From: the human T2T-CHM13v2.0 reference genome, Homo sapiens | Assembly (NCBI RefSeq): GCF_009914755.1 | Contig: NC_060937.1 | Length of the DNA: 64,000 nucleotides | Reading direction: 5' to 3' (one strand) | In this document: positions 34,771-53,099 of the stretch, one piece after another | How the letters are laid out: each line of letters begins with the position of its first letter | Numbering within the stretch: position 1 is the stretch's first letter | Notes under the pieces: model-generated | Database searches by the model: none | What the model was told of the DNA's origin: nothing | What the model saw: the letters and a program-made list of their open reading frames with translations, nothing else | Position numbers and translations under genes: made by a program

Positions 34771-35021
34771 ATTGCAGGGCCTGGACAACATTCCTACAGC
34801 TGACCCCAGAACTCTCATTCTTTCCACAGCATTATTTTACTACATCTTGGGTTTAATTCACATACTGTGTAATATTAGAAAAAAAATTTTAAGAAGGTGG
34901 GAGTTTGGAGATCAAAGAGCCCCTGAGAGGTGGGAGCTGGCTGTGGTTGGGACTCTAGCAAGCCAGAACTTATATCTGGCTCTCACTCTTTTGCTTTGTG
35001 AATTTGGAGAAATAATAATAA

Positions 35022-35318
35022 TTTTTTTTTTTTTTGAGATAGGGTCTTGCTCGGTTGCCTAGGCTAGAGTGCAGTGGCATGATCACAGCTCACTGCAGCC
35101 TCTGACCTCCCAGGCTCAAGTGATCCTCCTACCTCCACCTCCCAACTAGCTTGGACTACAGGCACATACCATCATGCCCAGCTAATTTTTAAGTTTTTTG
35201 TAGAGACGGGGTCTCCCTATGTTGCCCAGGCTGGTCTTGAACTCCTGGGCTCAAGCAATCCTCCCACCTTGGTCTCCCAAAGTGCTGGGATCACAGATGT
35301 GAGCCACTGCACCCAGCC
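35022..35318 (-). mobile_element. AluJ
   Basis: ATCACAGCTCACTGCAGCC, CTGGGCTCAAGCAATCCTCCC. Confidence 0.93.
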
Positions 35319-35977
35319 AGTTGAATATTCTTTTGCTTTAGTTTGCTTCTCTTTCGCAGTGGTCTCTGTACTGTTTTGATTGCACATGCCACCAGTAATA
35401 AAAAAGTTTGAGAACACTAGTTCATGAAATGTTTATCTCTTTATAAAGTTATGTACATATAAAGCCATTTTAACATATTATGTATGTTAAAAATATTTAC
35501 AAAAATAGAACTTTCAAAAGGATAAGATAAAAATAAAATAGCCATAACTCTGCCCTCACTAATATTTTTAGTTGAGACCATGTGACTGAACTAGATTGTC
35601 CTTATTTTTACCTCATGTGACAAATAAAGGCGGTGTCTGCTGTGCCATATTCTTGTGGTTTTACTTATGCTGGCTAAGTAAGAACTTTGTTCTTAGCTTT
35701 ACTCTCTGATTCCATTAGAAAAAAATATTTTCATGTCACTGACCTATTTTTTCAAGTTTAGCTTTATTAAAACTAAATTATGAAAGCTATAAATCTATGT
35801 AACCTGCCATACACAAATGCACTGTGTCCCAATACACTAAAAACAATCAAATTAGAGTGATGCTATTATTCCAGCCAAATCATGGGATGCCCTCAGGCTT
35901 CTTTCTCCATCATCCAGAACACTCAACCTTCTGACATGTGGGCTGAGAGAGGAGACCAGTGCCAATCCATTGATTAA

Positions 35978-36331
<354 letters not shown>

Positions 36332-36615
36332 TAAATCAAAATAAATCTAAGTTTAAATGTTTTCTTACTGTGCTCCAAAAGATTGTCTTGCGTATCCACT
36401 AGGTACAGACACTTTATTTTAGAGACAGTTGACCCTTGAACAACATGGGTGTGAACTTTGTGAGTCTACTTATACCCAGATTTTCTTTCACCTCTGCCAT
36501 CCCTGAGACAGCAAGACTAATCCCTCTTCTTCCTCCTCCTCTACCTCCTTAATGTGAAGACGATGAGGATGAAGACCTTTATGATGATCCACTACCACTT
36601 AATGAAGAGTAAATA

Positions 36616-37442
<827 letters not shown>

Positions 37443-38265
37443 CTAACCCCTGTGTTGTTCAAAGGTCAACTATGTAAGTTTCCCCCAAACAGGAGAAACG
37501 TAGGAGTTGACGGTATGAGTTCCATTGCACTTTGTTGAATTATTCAGTAAAAGGGCTAAAATGCCTTTAAGAAAAATATTTTTGCTACAAGAATTGAGAG
37601 AATCCAGAAGTGTGGTTGATGATAACCAAAGCAGGGATTCAAATTAAATGTGAGCTCCCTGAACTTCTGAAGACAGCCTGTTTTCTGCTGTAGCTTTGAC
37701 AAGGTCAGTCCCAGGACAGATGGAGGAGGCAACTTTGTTGGAGCTATTACTGATCAAGTAACCCAGATGAGTCTCAGATCCACTCAGAACCTTCCTCTCT
37801 GGATTCTCTTTCATATCTCAGGACATCTAAACCATTTCTATCAATTTGCTCCAGAGCAAGCTGGAACCTGGACCCCAAGATGAAGAACAAGCCTGGGCTG
37901 ACCCAGACAAGGTTATCCTAGACCACAGCTCACAGAGCAGCCCCTTGGAGAGCCTGAGCTGAATTCCAACCCCAGCCCGAGGGTTTTGGATGGAAGTGAG
38001 TCAACTTCTGGAATGCAGTGAATTCAACATTTAGCCCCAAGTTAGTCACCATCGCAAATAGCAGTGAGGGCTGTGGCTCTTGTTCCATCTCCTTTTCAGC
38101 TGCAACAAAGTGACTACTGGAAACAGAGGCCAGGGGAAAGAGCAGGCCAGCCTAAGTGAAACAGGGAGCCCTGGGCCCATGTACACCGCCAGCACCACTC
38201 TAGATCTGGGTTACTTTAATGCTACTGAAGCTGAAGGCTGTATGGCTTTAATGGGAGTCTCTTCA

Positions 38266-38502
<237 letters not shown>

Positions 38503-38532
38503 TCAAAGCAACAAGAGATGAAAGGAGCTGCC

Positions 38533-38534
38533 AT

Positions 38535-38569
<35 letters not shown>

Positions 38570-38851
38570 TTTTTGAGATAGTCTCCCTCTGTCACCCAGG
38601 CTGGAGTGTAGTAGAGTGATCTTGCTCACTGCAGCCTCTGCCTCCCTTGTTCAAGCTATTCTCCTGCCTCATCCTCCCGAGTGGCTGGAACTATAGGCAT
38701 GTGCCACCACGCCCAGCTAAGTTTTGTATTTTTAGTAGACAGGATTTCACCAAGTTGGCCAGGCTGCTCTAGAACTTATGACCTCAGGTGATCCACCCGC
38801 CTCGGCCTCCCAAAGTGCTGGGATTACAAGCATGAGCCACCGTGCCTGGAC
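38533..38851 (-). mobile_element. AluS with (TTTA)n tail
   Basis: TSD GGA(G/C)CTGCCATTT. Confidence 0.95.
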
Positions 38852-39422
38852 AGGACCTGCCATTTAAAATGCTCCATGAAGTTTACAATTCAACAACAAC
38901 AAAAAACATGATTGAAATGACCTGGAGAAAAAGAAGCCTCCAATTCTCTGGAGTGTAATTCACGTCAACTACAATTTCTGCAGCAAAGGCAAAAACAAAC
39001 AAACAAAAAAAAAGTAAACAGTACTTACTTTTTGCAATAGGAAACTCTTGCACATGGTTTCACTGAAATTTAAAAGTTATAACAGAGCATATAGTAAAAA
39101 TCTCCCTCCTTCCCCATCACCCAGTTCCCCGTTTCCTCTCCAATTCAGAGACAGGCTGGCACAGTTCATCTTTATTAGCCAACAAATATCTGAATTATGG
39201 GTGAGTTGGTTTGGCCCATGGTAAGGGCAGTGATCCAAGAACAAATCCCAGCAGAATGGAAAAGTTGTTAATGAAGCTTTTAAAAAACATTCTTCCATGT
39301 ACACACAATGTAATATCGGTAGAATTATCTTCGGATATGAAGCACAAGCGAAGACCATAGAGGTTAGCAGTACCCAGGAGAAAAAATATTTTGGCAGACT
39401 GGGAACAGATCGAATAACTTAC

Positions 39423-39538
39423 CTTTTTTTGATTTTCTGCAGGACGTTTGAGGCTCCTGGCAATGAGGATCTTCCTGTAAGTGTTTGAGTTAGGGTTTGG
39501 CATCTGGCTTGACCTGATTCGCACAGACACAGCTGGCC
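39423..39538 (-). other. Candidate 116-nt exon (unverified)
   Basis: Perfect donor AAG|GTAAGT; weak acceptor TAATTAG; open frame PAVSVRIRSSQMPNPNSNTYRKILIARSLKRPAENQKK. Confidence 0.2.
39443..39476 (+). other. Candidate 34-nt exon (unverified)
   Basis: CCTTTTTTTGATTTTCTGCAG acceptor; CCT|GTAAGT donor. Confidence 0.22.
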
Positions 39539-40047
39539 CTAATTATTATGAAATCACATGCGACAAGAAGGCCTTCTCTTGGCACTGGAACATTCCAAGC
39601 CATTAGGTGGATGTAAAATCTGGTCATTATCCATTAATTTTTCCTTTCCTCTGATATACTTCTAGACCTTCCAGTCACCAGACTCTGTGCCATGTTAAAG
39701 GAGCTCTTCACATCCCAACCATGTTCCTGGAACCCAAGAAACGATCAGTTATAATTTGGGCGACTGCCAGCTAATCTCCTTTCCCACAGGGTTGGGCAAG
39801 GGACAAGATAGCAGTTGTTCGTTTAGTACCTGGTATTTTACACTCTTTATTCCATTGAATAGTAGATCATATCTATGCCTGTTATATTTTCAATTAACTT
39901 AACAAATAGCAGGAAATGAAACTATTAAAATCTTATATCCTAGTCCCAGCCATTCCAGAGATTATCTTTAACTTTAAAAAAGGAGGAGGGAGGTAATATT
40001 TTACTAGGCAAAAATGTATAAATATACCTTTATAAATGAGTTCTTAA

Positions 40048-40335
<288 letters not shown>

Positions 40336-40466
40336 TGAGTTTAAAATTTTTTAAGTGTCCCAGGTAGCTTCTAGCCTTGGTTTATGAAACCCTGTAATGT
40401 CTCCATTTTATAATTCTCTACACCACCTTCCCCCAAATAATCCACTGTGATTTAAATAATAAATGT

Positions 40467-40783
<317 letters not shown>

Positions 40784-40943
40784 CTAGATTAAAAATAAAA
40801 ATAAGAAAAAATAAAATAAATAATAAATGCGTGTAACATGCATGTGACTTAAGCTGTCTGGGTATCATGACAACAAACAAATGGCAATGGAGAGTGGTAA
40901 CTCAGTGTTTCTTTAAATCAATTCACTGGCTGTCAGAACTTAA

Positions 40944-41523
<580 letters not shown>

Positions 41524-41822
41524 TGATTTTTCAAGTTTTAGCATTATCTATTGACTTCCTGCTGTGGAAGATTCAGATTAAGCTTTATTTCAATATTTCT
41601 GACCTAAATCCCTTTTCCCCCTCTATTATTTCCTATCCTTCCCCATTCTTCCAATATAGATATTTTGGTAAAATCAGTCTTTTGTTAGTATTCTGTACTT
41701 TAAAGATACTATTGACAGCTGAACAGCATAGTGAACTGATTTCTTTTTCTACACAGCTATTTATTTTTCTTGGAAAACCCTTTATAGAATAAATAATAAT
41801 ATAAATAATAGTTTGTTTAAGC

Positions 41823-42147
<325 letters not shown>

Positions 42148-42399
42148 TTCGTTTAAGATTTTTAAGTACACTTATCACTAATGTATGTACAAACTTTCCC
42201 CTAGTTGCATAAATCTCTCAATCTTCATGCCATTGGTAGCCTTATAGTTTGATCTTTTAGAAGAATTCTCTTCTGGGATCTTCTGAGGAGAGGCAGGTTT
42301 CTGGCTGTGTGGAATGACAGAGGATGTCCCACTGCTTCTTACGATGACTTTCAACTGGAATTGTTTTCGACTTTACCTCCTCCGCATCTGATTCCACAG

Positions 42400-42510
42400 A
42401 CAATGGGTGCAACAAATTCCTGGGCCTTCCAGAGGTTCTGGATGCAAATTAAGTTGCTTCTCAGCTTCCCCCACTGCTGGCTGATGGTTGAGATTTCCTG
42501 CATCTTCCAG
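42400..42510 (+). other. Candidate 111-nt exon inside antisense L1 (unverified)
   Basis: Pyrimidine-rich ...TTCCACAG acceptor; perfect CAG|GTAAGT donor; phase 0/0 open frame. Confidence 0.25.
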
Positions 42511-42684
42511 GTAAGTTATCCCATGTCCGTTCAATGTTTCTAAAATTGTTGCCATGGTATTTCTCATTTTATTTGTACTATTATGTGAAAATTATGTACT
42601 GTTGTGTATGCTTTTAAAAACATCCTTCTGAACCCACATTTTAGTGGTTTTAAACTGAAAATCCTTTCAGTTTTTTTCCTCCTA

Positions 42685-43050
<366 letters not shown>

Positions 43051-43223
43051 AATAAAATGCTTGGGATCAAAAGTGTTTTAGATTTTGGAGTTTTTCGAAT
43101 TTTGGAATATTTACTTATATACTCACCAATTAAGTATCCCTAATTTAAAAATCTGAAATGTGAAATGCTCCAGTGAGCCTTTCCTTTGAATATCATGTCA
43201 GTCCTAAAAAGTTTTGGATTTTG

Positions 43224-43338
43224 AGCTGGACACGGTGATGCATCCAGCTACTTTGGAGGCAGAGGTGGGAGGATTGCTTGAGGCCAGGAGTTCCAGATCA
43301 GCCTGGGCAACATAGCAAGACTCCATCTAAAAAAAAAG
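43224..43338 (+). mobile_element. Alu monomer (FLAM-like)
   Basis: GGGAGGATTGCTTGAGGCCAGGAGTTC..CAACATAGCAAGAC. Confidence 0.85.
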
Positions 43339-44053
43339 GTTTTGGATTTTCCAGCATTTCAGATTCTGGATTTGGGACTAGGGATATTCAAACTGTAGTA
43401 GTCTTTATATTGACTTGATTTTTATATTTTAAACTCATCCTAATCAATAACATTAATAAAATTATGGGTGGAATATAGTTAGATTTTCTTATATAGTTAT
43501 ATTTTCTAAAATACATTAATATATATTAAAAAGAAAAAAATATTGATGTACCACCAGTGGCATGCACTCTACTTAGGGAAACACTGCCTTGGCCCACTGC
43601 AGACATTAAGGTCCAGGGAGGTTAAATGGTCTTGCTTGAGGTCTGGCAAATGGCAGAACTGGGACATTCCTTGGATCTCCTGAATTCCCTACTTGTTTTT
43701 ACCACAAAGTCAGCCAGCTTTGCGCAAAGCTGGCTTTTCTTACTGCAAAGCAGCCAGTTTTTACCGCAAGCCAGGCCTGGGCCTCTATGTAGAGGTACTC
43801 ATTAACTATATGCCTTACTTCTCTAAGCTATTCACTACCACTTGGCATGTTATACCACCATGAAATTATTTACCCCCTAAGTTACAGAGCTTGTTTGAAG
43901 CTAACAATTCCAAATATGCCCCACTTTTAGCCCTGAATAGAGAGATGCATTGATGGAAAAATAAATGAGGTCAGTATTCTTTTCTACTCATCTGACAAGA
44001 ATGGCACTTTATTAAGGAAGCAAATTTTCCAATGTGGTTTCCAAAAATCTTAC

Positions 44054-44183
44054 TCATTCCAAAATGAATAAGGAGGTGCTCCATTCTTTTCTTTGCTATA
44101 TCAACATATAGGACCTCCACGTCACAGACCTTAGATATTTCCCCAAATAGAAAATAGTACGGTTTGTAAGTGGCAGAATCAGT
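44054..44183 (-). other. Candidate 130-nt exon (unverified)
   Basis: TGTGTTTACAG acceptor; TGA|GTAAGA donor; open frame TDSATYKPYYFLFGEISKVCDVEVLYVDIAKKRMEHLLIHFGM. Confidence 0.2.
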
Positions 44184-44840
44184 CTGTAAACACAATTTGT
44201 TCCAAACCCATCATTTAAATAGAAATGGCCCAAAGCCAGCATTGCTTCAAGCATAGGAATTCTCATATCATTTGTCCTCACCAACAAATTCCACAGTACC
44301 AAATTTAGCTTGGTGAGACAAGCATGATGCTGAAAATACATCCTCTGCTGTTATTTGGCAACATTTAATAAAAGAAGAGCAGATGTTGAACTATAGGGAC
44401 AGGTTAAATTTTGAAATTACAGTGCCATTATAACTAATTAAAGCCAGAATAAAAGACACAAATTTGAGAAAGATAAAATTATTGAAATAAGACTTTGGAG
44501 TTTGTTTTAACAGGATTTGATCTGTGTAACATATTTTGTAATGTCTATTTGTATTTGTACATAATTGCACTTTAATTTATAACAGTTTAACTTCAAATAT
44601 TTTTCTACTTTAAGTACAGTGCAGTATTTAAATAGAAGTATACTTCTATTTCTTCCTTCTTGTCTTTATGCTATTGTGATACATTTTGCTTCAATATATG
44701 TTATGAATCCTGCAATATACTGTGATTATTTTCACTTTAATTAGTTGATGATGTCTTAAAGAAGTCATTTATATATTTATCATTTCTGGCACTCTTCAGT
44801 CATTTGTATAGATCCTTTTCTTGTGCTGTATCCTGCCTGA

Positions 44841-45238
<398 letters not shown>

Positions 45239-45853
45239 AGTTCACTTTTATTTTTGAAACATTTTTTGCTGGGTATAAAATCCTAGATTTACAGCTTCTG
45301 TTTCATTACTTTAAAGATATTGTCTCATTGTCTTCTGGGTTATGTAGTTGCTGTCAAGAAATCTGCTGCCATTGGTTTTGGCTGTTGTTCTTATGTAAAT
45401 AAGATGTCCCCTTTTCACTGGCTGTTTTAAAAAATTTTTTTGACACTGGTTTTCAACAATTGGGCTATGGTGTGCCTTGGCATGATTTTCTTAATGTTTA
45501 TTCTGCTTGGCATTTGTTGAGCCCCTTGAATCTTCAATTTATAGTTTTCTTCAAAATTGGAACACTTTTATTTATTATTTTTTCAAATATTTTATCTCCC
45601 CCCTCACATCATTTTCTTGGCACTTTAATTATACACATGTGTTCATCTAGGTTATATATGTAAAGTCCACAAGTCACTAATGCTCTATTCATTTTTTTTA
45701 GTCTTTTTTCTGTGCTTCATTATTTCTTCAACTTCACTTACCTTTTCTTCTGCAATATCTGATTAACTATTAATCCCATGCAGTATTTTTCAATTAAGAT
45801 ACTGCATTTTTCATCTTTATGTGTTTTATCTGAGTCTTTTAAAAGTATCATCA

Positions 45854-46155
<302 letters not shown>

Positions 46156-47238
46156 TCATTAATTTATCTTTTCACCATGTTCATGTTTTTATTTACTTTC
46201 TTATAGATAGGAGTGTATTTAAAATAGATATTTTCATGTTCTTGTCTGCTAATTCATTATTTCCATAATTTCTGGGACTGTTTCTATTGATTACTTTTTC
46301 TTTTGGTTATAAGCAATGTTTTCCTGTTTTTTTGTATGCCTGGTAATTTTTGACAGGATACCTGGCATTGTGATTCTACATTGTTGGTTGCTGGATTTTG
46401 TTATTTTCTTTTAAATAGTGTTGAGCTTTATGCTGGTACAAAATTAAGTTACTTGGAATCTATTGGATCCTTTCCTTTTCAAGCATTTTAATGGTGAGTT
46501 CAGAGTGGCTTTTAGTCTAGGGCTTATTTAGTCCCACTAGTAAGGTGGGACTACATAAGAAGAGTCCCCCTCTGAGGACTCTAGGAGGTCTTTCTACTCT
46601 GACTGGTGGGAACACAAACTATTCCTAGCCCTGTGTAAGCCCCAGGAATTGTTCAGCTTGCTGCTTTTGGGTGATGGTTTCCCCTTAGATAGTTTCCTCT
46701 TGTGTATACATGAATCAGCCATCAGCCAAAGCTTCAAAGTGGCTCCTTTATAGATCTCTGGAGTGCTCTCTTTTTCTCCCTGTCTTCCCCTGCATCTCCC
46801 TCCTTTCTAGTGCATAGACCCATACGTTCTAGTGACTTTGACCTCCCTTGGCCTGGATCTCTTGCTCCTCATCTCAATGAGACTGCTGTGCTATTTCTTC
46901 CTCCCTATACTGCAATCTGGAAATTGCCTCCAGGTAGCAAGCTGGGGCAATCATAGGGTTCACCTCTTTATTTTCCCTTCCTCTTGGATCATATTTCTGT
47001 GCTGCCTGTTGTCTAACATCTGAAAACTACTGTTTCATATATTTTGTCTAGTTTTTTAGTATTTTAAGACAGGAGGGTAAATCCATCCCCCATTACTCTA
47101 TCATGGCCAGAAGCAGAAGTCTTCCGATCCCCTATAATGAATGTTTGTGGCTGGAAAAATGTTTGTTTATTTTCTATAACTTTCCCTAGTGATTCTACAG
47201 TTCCTTACCAAGTTTGATGGTAAAATAAAAATTAATCA

Positions 47239-47538
<300 letters not shown>

Positions 47539-48512
47539 AAATTAATCATGCTGGAACTTCACTTTGGTCACATTAGCAGCAGGCTTCTTTTCCTATTTTG
47601 TTTCCTGGCACCTGCTGGATCTCTAAAGCAAGAGAGAGTCAAACCCTTGGTTTCCCAAGTTTGGGTCTACCTGATTCATTCACATATACTTTATGTGATG
47701 ATCAGTGTTTTCATGTTTAGATTCCCATAACTCGTGATTATCTGATACTGACTATAGTTGTTGAAAATTATATATAAAAAAGAGCCCTAATAAAAGTCGT
47801 AAGAAGGCAAGCATTCTCTTGAGTGCTCACCTTTTTTATTTCTACTTCACATACTGGAGCCCTCTCCTTGACTTCAGGCCTTCAGTAACATTCAGGCAGT
47901 TCCCCGACTCTCCAAAATCCCTTCTGGAAGCTTCGCACATAGACACATCCTATTTCAAAATTATGCTCTTTTTCTTTTTACAAGATAGTCAAACTCCAAT
48001 GACCTGAAAGGCTTAACCCGTTCACCATAAGAAGCTTGAAGGTAGGAACTAAATCTTCTTTTTGGTGTTTCATCAGATTCTAGAATGTCATCTGACACTG
48101 GACTTCATAATTGTTCACTTTCTGAGTATACCTTGAGTGATTGAGGGCAGGAAATTTGGAGCTACTGTCACAGTGCTTTCTACCACCTCCTCTGGCTTTT
48201 AGGGTGTCCAAGATAAAATAAGAAGGGACCCTGTTTTCTCATAGTTGCATTTTTCTAGTGGAGGCTCTACCTCTTATCTGGTCTTTAAAAGAGAAGAAAA
48301 GACTAACCTCTTGGGAAGGTTGATTTTGGCTTCTGCCCAATAACCCAAATCCATGAACACTCTCCCACCTTCTGAAGTTGTATCTCTAATTTTTTCATAG
48401 ACATTTTAATAGGGTTTTCACTTCCCTACCATTAGTTTATATTTAATATCAAGTTAATGAACTACATTTGTAGGATCTTTATCCCAAGTCTGTATTCCTC
48501 AATTTTTTACAG

Positions 48513-48527
48513 ACTTTATGCTTTCGG
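48513..48527 (+). other. Candidate 15-nt micro-exon (unverified)
   Basis: TTCCTCAATTTTTTACAG|ACTTTATGCTTTCGG|GTAATC. Confidence 0.15.
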
Positions 48528-49003
48528 GTAATCATTTCAAGTTTCATCATTTTTCAATATATCCCACAAGCAATTTGTGACTTGGCTCTATCAGCTTGAA
48601 GTAATTAGAAATTCACTTGCACTATTGAGGACTTGCATCTGTAAAAGGAAGAAATATTTTCTGGAAAAATGGATTTGCAAAATGAAGGCACTTTGGCTTG
48701 GTGAGTCTGGACCTCACACAGGTTGAGACAGTCACAACTTGAGACCGTGAGATAGGTGAAAGGCCCTTGAACCAGAACACTAGAATCAAATGAGTCTTTT
48801 CTCTCATGTTGCCCTGTGGTAGACAGAATGTGGGGTTGATGACCAGGCCAAGCTAAGGAAAACTCAGGTGGATGGGCATGAGCAGGCTTGTTTTCAGATT
48901 TGAATAGCATTTCAATACCTTCAAAACCATTTTCACTTGTTCATCACCCTGCTTTTCACCACCAATGAAATGTGGCTATTCCATTCACCTCTGGACACTT
49001 TAG

Positions 49004-49643
<640 letters not shown>

Positions 49644-49683
49644 AAAAGCTAAGTTTACATATTGTACAAGTCATAGTAAGAAT

Positions 49684-50008
<325 letters not shown>

Positions 50009-50330
50009 TCAGTAGATGGTTTTTGTCTGCTCACAATCTCCTTAGGGAATAACAAACACTTCTCCCTTTCCTACACCATATGGTTCAGGCATGATTCAAC
50101 ACGTGCTTTGACTTAAAAACTGGACACACAGTTTAGGTTGGGCAATCAGAGAGATTGTTTCAAGGATGGGCAGAGCTCTCCCCAGGATTTTTCTGGAATG
50201 ATTAAAAAACAGCCTCTATGTTTTGTTTGCCAGCTGTAAAGATAATGTAACACTGGAATCTTGGTGGCCATATTTGCTACTGAGTTAGAAGGGAAAGAAT
50301 GAAGGCAACACAGGAAATGTGGAAACACAA

Positions 50331-51027
50331 TGAAACCGCCATTGCAAAATTATAACTGAGAAAATTATTACAGTGAAAGAGATCTGACCTAACCAACCCC
50401 ATCTTGCTTCTGACCTCCAAGCTGTCCTCCTTCATTCCTGGGCACAGGCCGATCTAACTTTGGGAGGAACTTAGTTTATAGTTTAACTTTGAAACAGAAA
50501 TGATAACAGCCCTTTCCTGAAACGAATCCCCCTCCTGTATGGGGACAAGACTACCCTTGTAGGACTAACAAATTAGCTACAAGATTAGAAATTACGGTTT
50601 GGGAGTCATGGAGCTGGAGGCTACAAAATTCTGACCCTCCCCAAATTGCTCCTGGGGATAACGTCACCATTGTAAAGCCCTGCACTCGCTGCACCAGCTG
50701 GCACCACCCAGATTGATAAACTGGCTCATCTAGTCTTGTGGCCCCCACCCGGGAACTGACTCAGCACAAGAAGGCAGCTTTTACTCCCTATGGTTTCATC
50801 TCTGACCTGCCCAATCAGCACTCCCAACTCACTGGCCCCCTACCCACCAAATTACCCTTAAAAACTCTGATCCCCTAATGCTCGGGGAGACTGATTTGAG
50901 TAATAATAAAACTTCCATCTCCTGTACAGCCAGCTCTGCATGAATTAAAAACTTTCTCTGTTGCAGTTCTGTCTTGATAAATCAGTTGTCTAGGCAGTGG
51001 GCAAGGAGGACCCATTGGATGGTTACA
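50331..51027 (+). mobile_element. LTR8A-like ERV1 solo LTR
   Basis: TGAAACCGCCATTGCAAAATTATAACTGAG ... CCCATTGGATGGTTACA. Confidence 0.88.
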
Positions 51028-51096
51028 AATTTAAGGTAAACTATTATGTAGGAAAATACTGTGTTTTTGATATGTTCTCACACCACAACAACCATC

Positions 51097-51766
51097 TGAA
51101 ACCGCCTTTGCAAAATTATGACTGAGACAGTGAAAGAGATCTAACTTAACTGACTCCATCTTTCTGCTAACCTCCAAGCTGTCCTTGTTCATTCCTGGGC
51201 ATAGGCTGAACTAACTTTGGGAGAATCTTAGTTTACAGTTTAAACAAAGATGGTAACAGCCCTTTCCCAAAGCAGACCTCCTTCTTGCCTGGGGACTAGA
51301 TTGCCTTTGTAGGACTAACATTAGCCATAAGATTAGAAATTATGGCTTAGGAGTCATGCAGCTGGAGGCCACAAGATTCTGACCCTCCCTAAACTCCTCC
51401 TAAGATCAGTGCTTGAGGTATTTTGCAGACCCTGCACTTGATGGATCAGCTGGCCCCACCCAGATCAATAAACTGGCTCATCTGATCTTTTGGCTCCCAC
51501 TCAGGAACTGACTCAGCGCAAGAAGACAGCTTCGACTCCCTATGATTTTATCTCTGACCAATCGGCACTCCTGGCTCACTGGCTTCCCCCACCCACCAAG
51601 TTATCCTTAAAAATTCTGCTCCCCCAGTGCTCAGGGACACTGATTTAAGTAATAATAAAACCCCGGTCTCCCGCACAGCCGGCTTTGCGTGAATTTCTCT
51701 TTCTCTATTGCAACTCCCCTATACTGATCTGGGCAGTGGGATAGGTGAACCCCTTGGGCGATTACA
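51097..51766 (+). mobile_element. LTR8 ERV1 solo LTR
   Basis: TGAAACCGCCTTTGCAAAATTATGACTGAG ... GGGCGATTACA; 4-bp TSD CATC. Confidence 0.9.
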
Positions 51767-52082
51767 CATCAACACAGAAAAGGATTTCTGTGACTAAATA
51801 TTGTTTTTTTTTGTCTCCACACACCAAGTAGCAGACACCAGCTAGGTGTTCTCCAACTGAATTCCAACACTATCGACCTGGAGATAATATCACATCCCAC
51901 AAATTGGGGGCCTAGTCCCCAAGACTGCTCCCTATACCCCCAGGCACCAGTTGCAAGTCTGGGCCTCAGGAACTCCTGACAACTAGTTTCAAATTGGGGT
52001 TCCCACGACTCCCTCTTTGCCTTCTAATAATTTGCTGGACTGGCTCACAGAACTCAGGGAAACACTTTTGGTTACTAGTTTC

Positions 52083-52349
52083 TTTTTTTTTTTGAGACGG
52101 AGTTTCGCTCTTGTTGCCCAGGCTGGAGTGCAATGGCATGATCTCGGCTCACCTCAGCCTCCGCCTCAGCCTCCCGAGTAGTTGGGATTACAGGCATGTG
52201 CCACCATGCCCAGCTAATTTTGTATTTTTAGTAGAGACAGAGTTTCTCCATGTTTGTCAAGCTGGTCTCAAACTCCCAACCTCAGGTGATTCACCTGCCT
52301 CGGCCTCCCAAAGTGCTAGGATTACAGGTGTGAGCCACCATGCCCGGCT
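52083..52349 (-). mobile_element. AluSp-like with internal deletion
   Basis: TSD GGTTACT(A/G)GTTTCT. Confidence 0.92.
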
Positions 52350-52504
52350 GGTTACTGGTTTCTTATAAAGGATATTACAAAGGATACAGATAGGGTGAGG
52401 TATGCGGAAAGGGGCATGGAGATTCCATGCCCTTCCTGGGTGCACCACCCTCCAGGAACCTCACATGTTCAGCTATCCAGAAGCTCCCTGAACCCAGTCC
52501 TCTT

Positions 52505-52677
52505 GTTTGGTTGGTGTTTTGTTGTTTTGAGACAGGGTCTTGCTCTGTGGTCACCCAGGCTAGAGTGCAGAGGTGCAATCACGGCTTGCTGCAGGCTTAT
52601 CTCCTGGATTCAAGAGATCCTCCCTCCTCACTCTCCAAAAGTGCTGGGATTATAGGCATGAACCACTGTGCCCAGCC
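52505..52677 (-). mobile_element. Alu monomer / deleted AluJ
   Basis: About 170 bp with both Alu termini. Confidence 0.8.
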
Positions 52678-53099
52678 CGTCTTGAGTTTTTGTGGAAGCT
52701 GAGTGATGTCAACATTCTTCCTGCAATGTTTTGTCTGGGAAGGGTCCTAAGCCCCACCATCAGAAAGGTGGGGAAAGATTAGTCTTGCTTTGGGGTAGGT
52801 GAAATGAGGACAGGAGAAAGTTGAGATTTCCTGGGGCCTGCCCCTGAGGCCTAATACATTCAAGATTATAACAAAAGACTGTAAAGGGGACTATGGAAGC
52901 AATGAACCAGGAACTGTGGAGGAAAACAAATATATATCATAACACCACAACTATTATAATAACATGATTTGGGCTCCTGGATCCAGCTCCCAAAATTCAT
53001 CCTTAGATTTCCCAAGAGCCTATAATTACCCGTTTTTGCTTAAATACGTTTGAATTGGGTTTCCGTTGTCAGTGGATTTAGGTAGACCTTTAACATGAA

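Larger units (their letters stand above)
51047..52949. mobile_element. MER21-family LTR with nested LTR8 and Alus
   Basis: CCACACACCAAG.AGCAGACACCAGCT.GGTGT, CTGGCTCACAGAACTCAGGGAAACAC; flanked by ACTATTA duplication. Confidence 0.82.

Noticed and set aside
48500-48638. Strong minus-strand acceptor TTCTTCCTTTTACAG at 48639
   Set aside because: All three frames stop quickly and no good donor follows; at most a non-coding exon
50331-51766. Two similar LTRs as the ends of a deleted provirus
   Set aside because: They differ like separate subfamilies, no primer-binding site follows the first, and the second has its own CATC TSD inside MER21
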